DNA of 64,000 nucleotides from an uncultured archaeon. GTDB lineage: Archaea; Altiarchaeota; Altiarchaeia; IMC4; SCGC-AAA252-I15. Below the pieces are notes generated by a model. It saw only the letters and a program-made list of their open reading frames with translations, ran no database searches and was not told where the DNA came from. This document shows, one piece after another, positions 29,579 to 39,225 of this stretch (positions are counted from its first letter, which is position 1; every line of letters begins with the position of its first letter). The DNA lies in contig CABMCB010000071.1 of NCBI GenBank assembly GCA_902384455.1, positions 96,001 to 160,000 of the forward strand. Reading direction: 5' to 3'. The translations under genes were made by a program, and so were the position numbers.

Positions 29579-30868
29579 TTACCGTACTATCTTTCTTTTT
29601 TTAGCGATAAAAACGCAGTCTTCGTCGCCTTTCGCCAGGCAGTTTTTCTCGGTGACTTCATAGTTTCCGCCGGCCGCATTTAAGATTCCCTCGATGATGC
29701 CTGCCAGAAAGACGCACAGTTTCATGTTGATGTCGGCCACACCTGCGGCATAGACGCTTTCGTCCATGTGGATGAGGATGCGTTCTGAATCTGGTTTTTT
29801 GATGTCTGTAATGACGCCCGCCTTAAGGAACAAAAATAGGTCTTTTATGTAGTCCAATGCTAAATCAACGCCTTTTACGCCGGCTTTCTCTGCAATCTGT
29901 CTGCCGCATACTGCTCCAAGATGTTTTGACAGTATTGTGTGTCCTGGTGATGAAGATAGCCAGAAGTAGTTGTCGCATTGAGGCACCATCAAATATACGT
30001 AGTCGTCCACTACTTTCCGGAGTCTACGTCTGCTTGTCACGTCGTCGAATATGCTATCCAGAATCCGCTGTACTTCTTCCTCTTTAGGCATGTAAAATGA
30101 GGGCTTGTCTTCTGTCTCATGCCGATACACCCTGAATACGCAGGCTGGTTTGCCGTCGCGGGCGCACGCCACCTCATCGCAGTCCCAGAAACCGTCAAAC
30201 AGAGCCTCAACGCTGCCTGCAAGCACGCCGCCGTCCATTACGCACGCCGGCTTCTTTGTTGCCGGAAGCATCGACACGTCGGATTCCCGCAGCTCAAAAA
30301 ACACCCCCTTCTTCCGTTTGTCTACTTTGGTTATGCTTAAAATGCCGCCCCCGCAAGAGCGCCAACCTTCCGTGAACGTTTCCTTGATTTTCCTGCTCTC
30401 AAAAAACCTCCAGAACATCCCTCCCTTCTGAGCGGCACTAATCAGCGAACCCCACTTTAGCGCCCTCAGCCCACTCTCCACGTTATAGTAACCCTCCAGT
30501 TTGCTTATCAGATACAGTTCGCTCGCGAGTTTCGGCGAATAATGCAACGGAGCGAAAAACATGAGGTTACTAAGGTGCACGTGGCCGAAGTCGCCTAGTT
30601 GCGGACGGATCGGCTTGGATTTGATGTGCGGGTATACGCCGCTGTCGCGCACGGACCTGAAGTTGTCGTAGACAAGTTTCCCGCCGTTACGCCTCTCCCA
30701 CAGATACCTGATTCTCTCTATTGAATAGACCCCTTCGTCACCTTCATATTCGCTTAAATTGAAGCCGCAGACGGGACAAAAATTAAACGAAGCATCCGCG
30801 GCAACGTATCCGCAGAAGCTGCACTCCACCGCACCCTTCTTTCGGATTTCCTTCCTGCCTCTTTTCAT
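29579..30868 (-). CDS. Zinc-ribbon + tandem V4R domain protein
   Basis: CSFCG...CPVCG; E-x-x-C-x-x-x-G-x-x-x-C-V-F twice. Confidence 0.82.
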   Translation of the reverse strand: MKRGRKEIRKKGAVECSFCGYVAADASFNFCPVCGFNLSEYEGDEGVYSIERIRYLWERRNGGKLVYDNFRSVRDSGVYPHIKSKPIRPQLGDFGHVHLSNLMFFAPLHYSPKLASELYLISKLEGYYNVESGLRALKWGSLISAAQKGGMFWRFFESRKIKETFTEGWRSCGGGILSITKVDKRKKGVFFELRESDVSMLPATKKPACVMDGGVLAGSVEALFDGFWDCDEVACARDGKPACVFRVYRHETEDKPSFYMPKEEEVQRILDSIFDDVTSRRRLRKVVDDYVYLMVPQCDNYFWLSSSPGHTILSKHLGAVCGRQIAEKAGVKGVDLALDYIKDLFLFLKAGVITDIKKPDSERILIHMDESVYAAGVADINMKLCVFLAGIIEGILNAAGGNYEVTEKNCLAKGDEDCVFIAKKRKIVR

Positions 30869-30882
30869 TCTCCCCCCTTAAG

Positions 30883-31572
30883 TCAAGGGTTTTCTGTTAT
30901 CGAAAGTACGTCTCTCAATCGTGAAATCAGGTAGTCTGGTTCCTGCAGGGTGTTCGCCGGTTTTTTGTCTGAGTGTTTCCCCTGCACAATCTGCGCTGCG
31001 TACAGTCCTGCGGCGTGCGCTCCTTCAACGTCCTTGTCAAGGCGGTCCCCCACCATAAGCGCCTCCTTAGGCTTAACCTTAGTTCGAGCAAGCGCTTCCT
31101 CAAAAGGTTTGACGGCCGGCTTTTCGATGCCCACCGACCCGCTAATCACAACCGCATCGAAAAAATGGTGCAGACCCAGCCGTATCAGCTTTTCCCATTG
31201 TTTAACCGGTACTCCATCGGTTATTACCCCCAGTTTAATCCCTCTGTCCCGCAGGGCTATTAAGGTAGGAACGGTGTCTGCGTAAGGGGTTAAGTATCCT
31301 GTTTTTGTGTTGTGGTACGCGACGACTCCTGCAGCTATCCAGTGGGGATCTTCAGGCAGATTAAACTTTTCTATCAGGCGGTTTAGGTGGTTGGGATAGT
31401 TGCTTCCGTGTTTTTGGACTATCCCCTCAAGCGCCTTAAGGGCTTCTTCCTCCTCTCTAGGCAGCCCAGCCTCAATCATGGCGCGCACGGCGTTTTGTCT
31501 TGCCATCGCCACTTGAAGAGTGCTGTCGTATAGAGTGTTGTCAACGTCGAAGAATACGGCCTTGAATTTCAT
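30883..31572 (-). CDS. HAD-superfamily hydrolase (TIGR02253 type)
   Basis: FDVDNTL, ITDG, EKP, MVGDRLDKD. Confidence 0.92.
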   Translation of the reverse strand: MKFKAVFFDVDNTLYDSTLQVAMARQNAVRAMIEAGLPREEEEALKALEGIVQKHGSNYPNHLNRLIEKFNLPEDPHWIAAGVVAYHNTKTGYLTPYADTVPTLIALRDRGIKLGVITDGVPVKQWEKLIRLGLHHFFDAVVISGSVGIEKPAVKPFEEALARTKVKPKEALMVGDRLDKDVEGAHAAGLYAAQIVQGKHSDKKPANTLQEPDYLISRLRDVLSITENP

Positions 31573-31591
31573 CCGGATTATCTTATGGGTT

Positions 31592-32392
31592 TTACTTCAA
31601 AATAATAAGGCAGATTAGTCCTCCAGCAACTGACCCGAGGAAATTAACGGTCGAGTTGCCCACAAAATGAGGGTTTTCAAGCGCCGCACCGAAGAAACTG
31701 TCTACAAGCATTCCGGCAACACCTGCGAAAGTGACGACCGCTACCGCAGTATGCGACGGAATCAAGCCCGCAGCGTAGGCGACGGCGGCAACTGCGAATG
31801 ATGCGCCGAGTCCTGCGAGGGTGCCGGGTATTGTTACTCCGCCGTTTGTTCCTATGGGGACTTCCTTGAGCGTCGTGATGAGGCGGGGTTTTCCTCCGTA
31901 TACTTCGCCTAGTTCGCTGCTTGCGGTGTCTGATGCTGCTGCGGCAAACGAGCCGACGTAAGCCGCAATAAATGGTAATGCGTTGTCGGGGTGCGTTGCG
32001 GCCGCGTAGGCGAAGGCTACTCCGGAAATCGAGTTGGCCATCGCGTGCCGCCAGCAGCGCCGGCCTTTGTTTGATTGGGCTACGTTAAGTTTGATTTTAT
32101 CTTCGATTCTGTGGCGCGACACTATGCTTCCTATGACGAAGAATTCGAGGAGCACCAGGTATCCGTTGAAATTTAGTAGCGCATATACTGCAAACCCCAT
32201 GAAGAAGCCGGCGACGGCTCCGGAAACGCTTACCGCCTTCGCCTTGTATGCGCCTATGGCTATCGGGACGTTGATTACGGCGGCAATAATGAGCACTGTC
32301 GCAGTCGGAGTCTCCTTTAGAGGGGCAGCTGAAATGAGGAATGCTAATGCGGCGATAAGCCAGATTGCGGCTGTGACGGGAGACGACTTCAT
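31592..32392 (-). CDS. DUF92 (TMEM19/VTE6-like) membrane protein
   Basis: AAAASDTASSELG, PRLITT, GTNGGVT, DSFFGA. Confidence 0.9.
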   Translation of the reverse strand: MKSSPVTAAIWLIAALAFLISAAPLKETPTATVLIIAAVINVPIAIGAYKAKAVSVSGAVAGFFMGFAVYALLNFNGYLVLLEFFVIGSIVSRHRIEDKIKLNVAQSNKGRRCWRHAMANSISGVAFAYAAATHPDNALPFIAAYVGSFAAAASDTASSELGEVYGGKPRLITTLKEVPIGTNGGVTIPGTLAGLGASFAVAAVAYAAGLIPSHTAVAVVTFAGVAGMLVDSFFGAALENPHFVGNSTVNFLGSVAGGLICLIILK

Positions 32393-32431
32393 TGTATCAC
32401 TTTTAGGGGGGTCTTTATTATTAGTTACCTG

Positions 32432-33712
32432 ATGGATTCGAACGGTGTCGTTTTCAAAGACGTTGTTTCCGGCAAAGCATACCCCATCGAGGACCGCGTG
32501 CGAAGCGACGAAGGGGGCCTACTTGAGGTTTCCTACGACTTTGACGCCTTGAGGGAATGCGTTTCAAAGGAGCTTTTCGACAAGCGCCTTGGTTCCCGCA
32601 CTTTTCCTTACGGCAGCGGAGTGTGGCGGTTCAGGGAACTTATCCACCCGCTAGCCGAAGACAAGCACATTGTGAGCCGTCCTGAAGGCAATACCAACCT
32701 CTATGCACACCAAAAGTTAAAAACATACGTTGGAGCATCAGCTGCGGCAAAACACGAGGGAGAAAACCCCACAGGCAGCTTCAAAGACCGCGGAATGACG
32801 GTGGCAATAACCGAGGCAGTTAGACTTGGAAAACGCTCGGTTGCGTGCGCAAGCACAGGCAACACAAGCGCGTCTGTTGCCGCATACGCAGCTCAAGCTG
32901 GGCTTTCTTCAGTTGTTTTCATTCCGGACGGCGAAATCGCATACGGCAAACTAAGCCAAGCGCTCGCTTACGGCGCCAGGGCACTCCAGATTCAAGGCAA
33001 CTTCGACGACGCAATGAGGCTCGTGGAAGACGCAAGTAAGCAGCTCGGCCTCTACCTTCTGAATAGTGTGAATCCGTGGCGTATTGAGGGTCAGAAGTCT
33101 ATTTTCTTTGATTTGCTTCAGCAGCGGCGGTGGAAGGCGCCTGATTGGGTTGTTGTGCCTGCTGGTAATTTGGGTAATATTAGTGCGCTTGGTAAGGCGA
33201 TTTACGAGATGGATGAGTTGGGTCTTCTTGATAAGATTCCTCGGGTTGCGGGTGTGCAGGCTGAAGGTTCAAATCCGTTTTATAGGATGATTAAGGGTTC
33301 GGAGCAGGCGTTGTCTGCCGAGGAGCATCCTAAGACGGTGGCGACCGCGATTAAAATTGGTAATCCCGTCAGCTGGCAGAAGGCGAAGGCGGTGGTCGAG
33401 TATACTGGAGGCGCCGTTGAGTCTGTTTCTGACCAGGAGATTATGGATGCTAAGGCTGTTGTTGACTCGTGCGGCATAGGGTGCGAGCCTGCGAGCGCCG
33501 CGTCTGTTGCTGGGGCTAAAAAGCTTGTGGACGCGGGAGTAATCTCTGAATCCGATGAAGTTGTGTGTGTTCTCACAGGTAACCTGCTTAAGGACCCTGA
33601 CGCCACAGTGAACTACCACCTGAAAAAGCTATCTGGCCTCTCGCCTAAGTATTCTAATGCTCCGGTGAAAATTACGCCTAACGTCAAGGAGGTACGGCAT
33701 TACCTCGCTTAA
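32432..33712 (+). CDS. thrC: Threonine synthase
   Basis: KHEGENPTGSFKDRG, CASTGNTSAS, NSVNPWRIEGQK, PAGNLGN, CEPASA. Confidence 0.95.
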   Translation: MDSNGVVFKDVVSGKAYPIEDRVRSDEGGLLEVSYDFDALRECVSKELFDKRLGSRTFPYGSGVWRFRELIHPLAEDKHIVSRPEGNTNLYAHQKLKTYVGASAAAKHEGENPTGSFKDRGMTVAITEAVRLGKRSVACASTGNTSASVAAYAAQAGLSSVVFIPDGEIAYGKLSQALAYGARALQIQGNFDDAMRLVEDASKQLGLYLLNSVNPWRIEGQKSIFFDLLQQRRWKAPDWVVVPAGNLGNISALGKAIYEMDELGLLDKIPRVAGVQAEGSNPFYRMIKGSEQALSAEEHPKTVATAIKIGNPVSWQKAKAVVEYTGGAVESVSDQEIMDAKAVVDSCGIGCEPASAASVAGAKKLVDAGVISESDEVVCVLTGNLLKDPDATVNYHLKKLSGLSPKYSNAPVKITPNVKEVRHYLA

Positions 33713-33752
33713 ATAACAGTAACCCATAAACTAAACACAAAGAGGGTGGAAG

Positions 33753-34616
33753 ATGTCTTTCGTCGTATTCGCAGGTCCGAAGTCAACAGACCTGGCATGG
33801 GAAACCGCAAAATACCTTAACGCCGAACAAGGAAAAATAGAGAAACGGCGGTTCCCCGACGGGGAAATGTACCTTAAGCTTGATAGCCAAGTGAAAGGTA
33901 AGGAGTCTGTGGTCGTATCATCCCTAAGGGAAGACGGCGACATACTGGAACTACTGTTTCTGCTCGACCTCCTTAAGGACTCAGGCTCAACTCAAGTCCA
34001 CGCAGTAATACCCTACCTCGCCTACCAACGCCAAGACAAACGCTTCACCCCAAACGAAGCCCTAACGCTCAAAACATTACTCACCCTCATACACGAAGTA
34101 TCCGACTCCATAACCGTAGTGAACGCCCACTTCCTGGACGCGGCAGGGGAATACAACTTCCACAACATACCACTCAAAAACCTCGACGCCACATCCCTAA
34201 TCGTAGAATACTTCAAAAACAAAATAAGAAAACCAATAGTAATCTCACCCGACAAAGGCGCCGTAGCCACCGCCAAATACGCAGCAGAACTACTAAACTG
34301 CTCATTCGACAGCCTAAGCAAAAAACGCATAAGCGGCGAAGAAGTAGTAATCAAACCCAAAAACCTCACCGTAGAAGGCCACGACGTCATAATACTCGAC
34401 GACATAATAAGCACAGGCGGAACACTACTCACTTCCGCGCAAATAATCCGCGGATGGAAACCCAACTCAATAAACGTAGGATGCGTACACGGCCTTTTCA
34501 TGAAGGGGGTCGAGCCTTTTCAAGGAGTCGTAGAGCGCATAGTCGCTACCAACACCGTCGTGAACCCCCTAGCCAAGGTCAGTGTGGCTCCGCTGATAGC
34601 CTCTTCATTAAAGTGA
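33753..34616 (+). CDS. prs: Ribose-phosphate pyrophosphokinase
   Basis: RFPDGE, PYLAYQRQDKRF, SPDKGA, ILDDIISTGGT. Confidence 0.93.
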   Translation: MSFVVFAGPKSTDLAWETAKYLNAEQGKIEKRRFPDGEMYLKLDSQVKGKESVVVSSLREDGDILELLFLLDLLKDSGSTQVHAVIPYLAYQRQDKRFTPNEALTLKTLLTLIHEVSDSITVVNAHFLDAAGEYNFHNIPLKNLDATSLIVEYFKNKIRKPIVISPDKGAVATAKYAAELLNCSFDSLSKKRISGEEVVIKPKNLTVEGHDVIILDDIISTGGTLLTSAQIIRGWKPNSINVGCVHGLFMKGVEPFQGVVERIVATNTVVNPLAKVSVAPLIASSLK

Positions 34617-36520
34617 CAACTAGGCGGATTCAGGCTGTCATATTCCTTTGCGGGGCGGCAGTGATGGTCCTCGAACTCGTAGGAAGCCGTCTTATTGCAC
34701 CATTTTTCGGCAACAACCTGTTCGCCTGGACAAGCATCATAGGCGTCATAATGGCGGCGCTGGCCGCAGGATACTACTGGGGTGGGCGGGCTGCGGACAA
34801 AAATCCAAGTTTGGAACGCCTCTCCTTGTATATAATATACGCTGCTGTTTACTTGGTGGCGCTTCCGCGTTTGACTACGGTTATTTACCCTGCTGGTGTA
34901 TTTCTCGGAATCAAGTATGGGGCTCTTCTTTCGGCATTAATACTTCTTGCCGTTCCAAGCTTCTTTTTGGGGACCGTTTCTCCGTATGCGGTCAAAGTGT
35001 CTGCCAAAAAGATGGATAAATTAGGGTCTTCGGCAGGCGACCTTTATGCGCTCTCTACTGTCGGCAGCATAGTAGGAGTATTCCTGTCTGGATTCGTGCT
35101 CATACCGACGTTCTCCCTAAACTCGATAATATACGGGCTGGCGCTAACGTGCCTTTATGCGGCGTATTGCGCAAACCCCGTAAAAAAAAAGATTATCCCT
35201 CTAGCAATAATCCTGTTTGCGTCGGCAGTACTAATCGCCGTCATGTCAATGAAGACGACGTCAAGCGCACTGTTCTTCCCTAATTACTCCGTCATATACG
35301 AACGCGACACCCCCTACAACCACGTCGCAGTCCTAGATTCACCCAACGGAAGCAGACGAGTACTCTCATTCGGAATAGGCGAACAAACCGCGATAGACAC
35401 CAAAACAGGGGAATCATTAAACCACTATACGCACTTTATAGACCTTTCGCTACTGCTGAAGCCGACCGCCCCAAAAACGCTGTTCTTAGGCGGAGGAGGA
35501 AGCGCAATGCCCACATCATTCCACCGCCGCTTCCCAACAATGAAAATCGACGTCGTAGACATAGACCCTGAAGTAAACAAAGCAGCGCAAAAATACTTCA
35601 ACGCCACACCAGACGAAAACCTACGATTCCACGACGAAGACGCCCGAATGTTCCTAAGAAAAACCGACGAAAAATACGACATTGTAGTCTGGGACCTATT
35701 CTCTGACGGAGGATCAATACCCTTCCACACAGACACCCAAGAATACTTCAACGAACTCTCAACACACCTAACAGACGACGGAGTACTCGCAATAAACATC
35801 ATATCCGCAGTAGAAGGCCCTGCTTCAGGCATCCTTACCGCAAACGTAAAAACACTCAAAACAATCCTCCCAAACGTCTACGTATTCCCCATAGACTTCA
35901 TTCCCGCAAGACCCCAAAACGTAATCGTCATAGCCACAAAACAAAAAAACAACTACGACCTAAACGACTGGCTGAAAAAAGCATCCGAACAAGCCACAAC
36001 CCCAACCGGAAACCTTACAATATACGCCCTAAGCCTACGAACAAACCCGCTAGACTTAGACAACGCACCGATACTTACCGACCAAAACTCACCCCACGAT
36101 GCATTAATGTCCGAAGTCCTAACATCCTACAGACAAGAAATGCCAAAAACGTGTTTCTCCGTTGGCATATGCATAGACACGGAAATAGTCAAAACACCAG
36201 AAAAACAACAACTAGGACTAATGAACCGCGGCCCCTACTGGTGGATGAACCATGAAACTGGAATGCTCTTCCCCATGAACAACCCCACAACAGGCCCCTT
36301 CTGGATGAAAAACATGCGGATGCCCATCGACATAATATGGATAGGAGAAAACAGCCGCGTTGTGGGAATAACATCTGAAGCCCAACCCTGCGAAAAAGAG
36401 CCGTGCCAACTATACTACCCCCCCGCGCCATACAAATGGGCGCTGGAAGCACCGCCCGGATACGCCAAAAAACACAACCTGCAAGAAGGCGCACAAATAC
36501 AGCTGCCAGACCAAAACTAA
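34613..36520 (+). CDS. Membrane-domain spermidine-synthase-like methyltransferase fused to C-terminal DUF192
   Basis: Likely GTG 34613; ELVGSRLIAPFFG TM domain, FLGGGG, VDIDP, DAR; tail GLMNR...GMLF...FWMKNMRMPIDIIW...LEAP. Confidence 0.85.
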   Translation: MTTRRIQAVIFLCGAAVMVLELVGSRLIAPFFGNNLFAWTSIIGVIMAALAAGYYWGGRAADKNPSLERLSLYIIYAAVYLVALPRLTTVIYPAGVFLGIKYGALLSALILLAVPSFFLGTVSPYAVKVSAKKMDKLGSSAGDLYALSTVGSIVGVFLSGFVLIPTFSLNSIIYGLALTCLYAAYCANPVKKKIIPLAIILFASAVLIAVMSMKTTSSALFFPNYSVIYERDTPYNHVAVLDSPNGSRRVLSFGIGEQTAIDTKTGESLNHYTHFIDLSLLLKPTAPKTLFLGGGGSAMPTSFHRRFPTMKIDVVDIDPEVNKAAQKYFNATPDENLRFHDEDARMFLRKTDEKYDIVVWDLFSDGGSIPFHTDTQEYFNELSTHLTDDGVLAINIISAVEGPASGILTANVKTLKTILPNVYVFPIDFIPARPQNVIVIATKQKNNYDLNDWLKKASEQATTPTGNLTIYALSLRTNPLDLDNAPILTDQNSPHDALMSEVLTSYRQEMPKTCFSVGICIDTEIVKTPEKQQLGLMNRGPYWWMNHETGMLFPMNNPTTGPFWMKNMRMPIDIIWIGENSRVVGITSEAQPCEKEPCQLYYPPAPYKWALEAPPGYAKKHNLQEGAQIQLPDQN

Positions 36521-36521
36521 A

Positions 36522-37169
36522 TCACCAACCGTCTTCCCCAACAAGAGGGACAAAAACAACCCCGCCCAAACTCCTACGCGAAACACCCGCCCCCGACTTC
36601 TCAACCAAAAAAAGCTCCTGAAAACCCCTACCCCCAACAGGCACAAGCAACATACCCCCAACCTTAAGCTGAGAAACCAAAGCAACCGGAACACCAGGCG
36701 CACCCGCAGTAACCAAAACACGATCAAAAGGAGCATCAGAGGGCCACCCCAACGAACCATCGCCCACAACCACCTTAACGTTTCCATACCCCAAGTCCGC
36801 AAGTCGCTTCCTCGCCAAATCAGCCAACTCCGGAATGCGTTCCACCGTGACAAGAGAACCCTCGCCATTAAGCAACACAGACAACACCGCCGCCTGATAG
36901 CCGCTGCCGCAACCCACCTCAAGAACATTCTGCCCTGGCTTCACGTCCAACGACTCAGTCATCAAGGCGACCATGTGCGGAGCACTTATGGTCTGACCCA
37001 AACCCACAGGCAAAGGACAATCCTCATAAGCGTTCTGCCTCACTTCATCCGGAACAAAAAGATGGCGAGGCACCCGCATAAGAGCGTCCCTCACGGCAGG
37101 AGAACGCACAATACCCTGGCGCTCAAGCTGAGTTATAAGACGACGACGCTGCCAATCAAAATCCGCCAT
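36522..37169 (-). CDS. pcm: Protein-L-isoaspartate O-methyltransferase
   Basis: Start at MADFDW (37169); VPRHLFV, GQTISAPHM, LEVGCGSGY, APFDRV, FVPL. Confidence 0.93.
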   Translation of the reverse strand: MADFDWQRRRLITQLERQGIVRSPAVRDALMRVPRHLFVPDEVRQNAYEDCPLPVGLGQTISAPHMVALMTESLDVKPGQNVLEVGCGSGYQAAVLSVLLNGEGSLVTVERIPELADLARKRLADLGYGNVKVVVGDGSLGWPSDAPFDRVLVTAGAPGVPVALVSQLKVGGMLLVPVGGRGFQELFLVEKSGAGVSRRSLGGVVFVPLVGEDGW

Positions 37170-37512
37170 ACTTCTCGCGCAACCTCTTAACCACGTCCTT
37201 ACTACTGTTAGAACTAAAAGTCTCCGGCTCGATACCCGCCGCCTTATCCTGGGCCGCCTTAATCTTCCGCTGCATCTCAGCATACTGGTCATGCACAGGA
37301 TCACTGGACGCATTACCCCCCCCAAAACCCGCGTCAGCAGGAGGCTTAAAATGCACATCCTCCTTCACGTTACCCAAAGGCGCAGAACGGCCAGTCATAC
37401 TCGCAAACCTATCTTCCCTAAGAGCAGAACCCCCTCCGAACCCGTGGCTTCCGCCCAATCCAGAACCTAATCCGCCCATCATCCGCCTAGGCGGGGGTGG
37501 TGAAGTGGCCAT
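37156..37512 (-). CDS. Low-complexity Gly-rich hypothetical protein
   Basis: ORF between uppP and pcm, overlapping the pcm start; likely start MATSPPP. Confidence 0.55.
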   Translation of the reverse strand: MATSPPPPRRMMGGLGSGLGGSHGFGGGSALREDRFASMTGRSAPLGNVKEDVHFKPPADAGFGGGNASSDPVHDQYAEMQRKIKAAQDKAAGIEPETFSSNSSKDVVKRLREKYGGF

Positions 37513-37536
37513 ATCAAATACGAATTCAACGCCCAC

Positions 37537-38334
37537 CTAAAAATAAGGCAAAACAGAAAGCAACACGGCAAAAGAACCGAAAACAATGCAGAAAACGTCA
37601 AAACGAATCTTATGCGCCAAACCCAAAAGCACGTCAAGAGTCAAATAACCGAAAACAAACGCCGCCAAAACCCCCGTAGCCGCAACCTGGAAAGAAACGA
37701 CTGAAAAGCCGGACTTAATAAACTCCAAGCCAAGAAGCCCGAAAACAGCAGGAGCAGACATAATAAAACTCATCCGCAAAGCCTCATCCTGCCGGAAACC
37801 CCGCGAAAGAAAAGCGGCAACAGTAGTCCCAGACCGCGAGATGCCCGGAACAACGGCAATGCCCTGAATCACGCCCAAAAAAACCATGTCGCTAAGCCGA
37901 GCAGACTGAACATCCCTAAGCCCCTGAGGCAGACGGCGCCCACGATAAATAACCAACCCCGTCACAACAAGAAACAAGCCGACAAGCCCAGTCACAACCT
38001 CCCCGTTGAACGAACCGAAAGACTCATGCAAAAGAAGGAAAACAGGCGTGCCAACAACCGCCGTAGTCAAAGTCCCAACAACAACAAAACGCAATGTGCT
38101 GCCGCTTCGCGCCTCACCCGGCGCAAGAAGCATCATCCGAATATCGTCCTTAAACTTGATGAGCACCGCCAAAAGAGTGCCAGCATGCAAGTAAAAAGCC
38201 CACTCCAAAGCCGCCTGAGGGTCAACATGAAGCAGCCGAGTCAAAATCAATACGCTCTGGCCTGAAGAGCTTACGGGAAGCCACTCCAGAACGCCCTGCA
38301 AAGCACCTAAAAGAAACACCGAAACAGTATCCAT
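37537..38334 (-). CDS. uppP: Undecaprenyl-diphosphate phosphatase (BacA family)
   Basis: LQGVLEWLPVSSSG, HAGTL, PGISRSGTT. Confidence 0.93.
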   Translation of the reverse strand: MDTVSVFLLGALQGVLEWLPVSSSGQSVLILTRLLHVDPQAALEWAFYLHAGTLLAVLIKFKDDIRMMLLAPGEARSGSTLRFVVVGTLTTAVVGTPVFLLLHESFGSFNGEVVTGLVGLFLVVTGLVIYRGRRLPQGLRDVQSARLSDMVFLGVIQGIAVVPGISRSGTTVAAFLSRGFRQDEALRMSFIMSAPAVFGLLGLEFIKSGFSVVSFQVAATGVLAAFVFGYLTLDVLLGLAHKIRFDVFCIVFGSFAVLLSVLPYF

Positions 38335-38421
38335 AACACAGGATTTTTAAGTAAAGCCCCCCCTAATACATATCCGCGCGAACAAAAGAAACATTCTTCA
38401 CCCGCGCATAAAAACACGCAT

Positions 38422-38494
38422 GGGCCCGTAGCTCAGTTGGTAGAGCACCCGGCTTTTAACCGGGGGGTCACGGGTTCGAAACCCGCCGGGCCCG
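38422..38494 (+). tRNA. tRNA-Lys(UUU)
   Basis: Acceptor GGGCCCG/CGGGCCC, D arm AGCTCAGTTGGTAGAGC, anticodon arm CCCGG-CTTTTAA-CCGGG, GGTTCGAAACC; no encoded CCA. Confidence 0.96.
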
Positions 38495-38743
38495 CTAGAG
38501 CCCCTTTTCTTTTCCAAAGAAAAGGTGCGACGAAGACCCAAAGTCTTCGTGCACACGAATTCCCGCGGAATTCGTCGTGCTTCACCCCCAAAAGAAAGTT
38601 CGGCGGCTACGCCGCCTCAAACAACCCTGATTTCTCACAAATGCAAGGGAGGTATCGGAACACTACCGACCAAAGGTCGGTGTGCGCAGCGACAAAGTCG
38701 CTCGCGCCGTAGGTTCTGATTTAGAAACCCGCCGGGCCCGCTA
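38478..38743. repeat. 20-bp direct repeat of tRNA 3' end (GAAACCCGCCGGGCCCGCTA at 38478-38497 and 38724-38743) enclosing a hairpin-rich 226-bp segment
   Basis: Exact repeat read directly; att-like arrangement. Confidence 0.85.
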
Positions 38744-38754
38744 CAAACATTAAA

Positions 38755-39225
38755 TCAATTCCGATTAAGCAATCTCAGGTAATCGGGGATTAACCGCGGC
38801 GTCTTCTTCATATACCCTACATATTCCCCGTCAAACAGGTCCTTCAAAGCGTTTTCTTCCAAAATCATCCACCCGAACATGACCACAGTAAGCCAAACAG
38901 CCGACGCAAGCACGTTCACGCGGGGGAACGCAACGAACACCCCCCACGCAAGAAAAATGTCAGCGGAATAAATAGGATGGCGGACCAGCCGATACGGCCC
39001 ATCAGTCACAATCCGCGTCACCTGCCCTGCACTCTTAGAGGCGTCTCGGTTGTAAAACAAAGCCCAACTGAAAAAGACAATCCAGTTGGCAAGCGCAACA
39101 ACCGAAAACAGAAAAAACCGGTCCAAATTAAACAACTCCCGCGATGAAAAAAAACGCAAAAAAAAGAATACTCCCACCACGATTATAAACCACATAACCC
39201 GGGGAGAAACCAACCTGAACCGCAC
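38755..39225 (-). CDS. Isoprenylcysteine carboxyl methyltransferase / PEMT family membrane protein
   Basis: IVTDGPYRLVRHPIYS, EENAL...Y...TPRLIP. Confidence 0.88.
   Translation of the reverse strand: MRFRLVSPRVMWFIIVVGVFFFLRFFSSRELFNLDRFFLFSVVALANWIVFFSWALFYNRDASKSAGQVTRIVTDGPYRLVRHPIYSADIFLAWGVFVAFPRVNVLASAVWLTVVMFGWMILEENALKDLFDGEYVGYMKKTPRLIPDYLRLLNRN

Noticed and set aside
34454-34612. N-terminal extension of the 688-aa ORF
   Set aside because: Overlaps prs; GTG 34613 overlapping the prs stop is more plausible
37170-37358. N-terminal extension of the pcm ORF
   Set aside because: Overlaps another plausible gene; family similarity begins at ATG 37169
38437-38719. Two short ORFs across the tRNA and hairpin element
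   Set aside because: One starts inside the tRNA; no protein-like features, and the sequence is dominated by inverted repeats
38724-38743. Second tRNA gene or large integrated provirus
   Set aside because: Only 20 nt of tRNA sequence are present; no integrase or viral genes nearby
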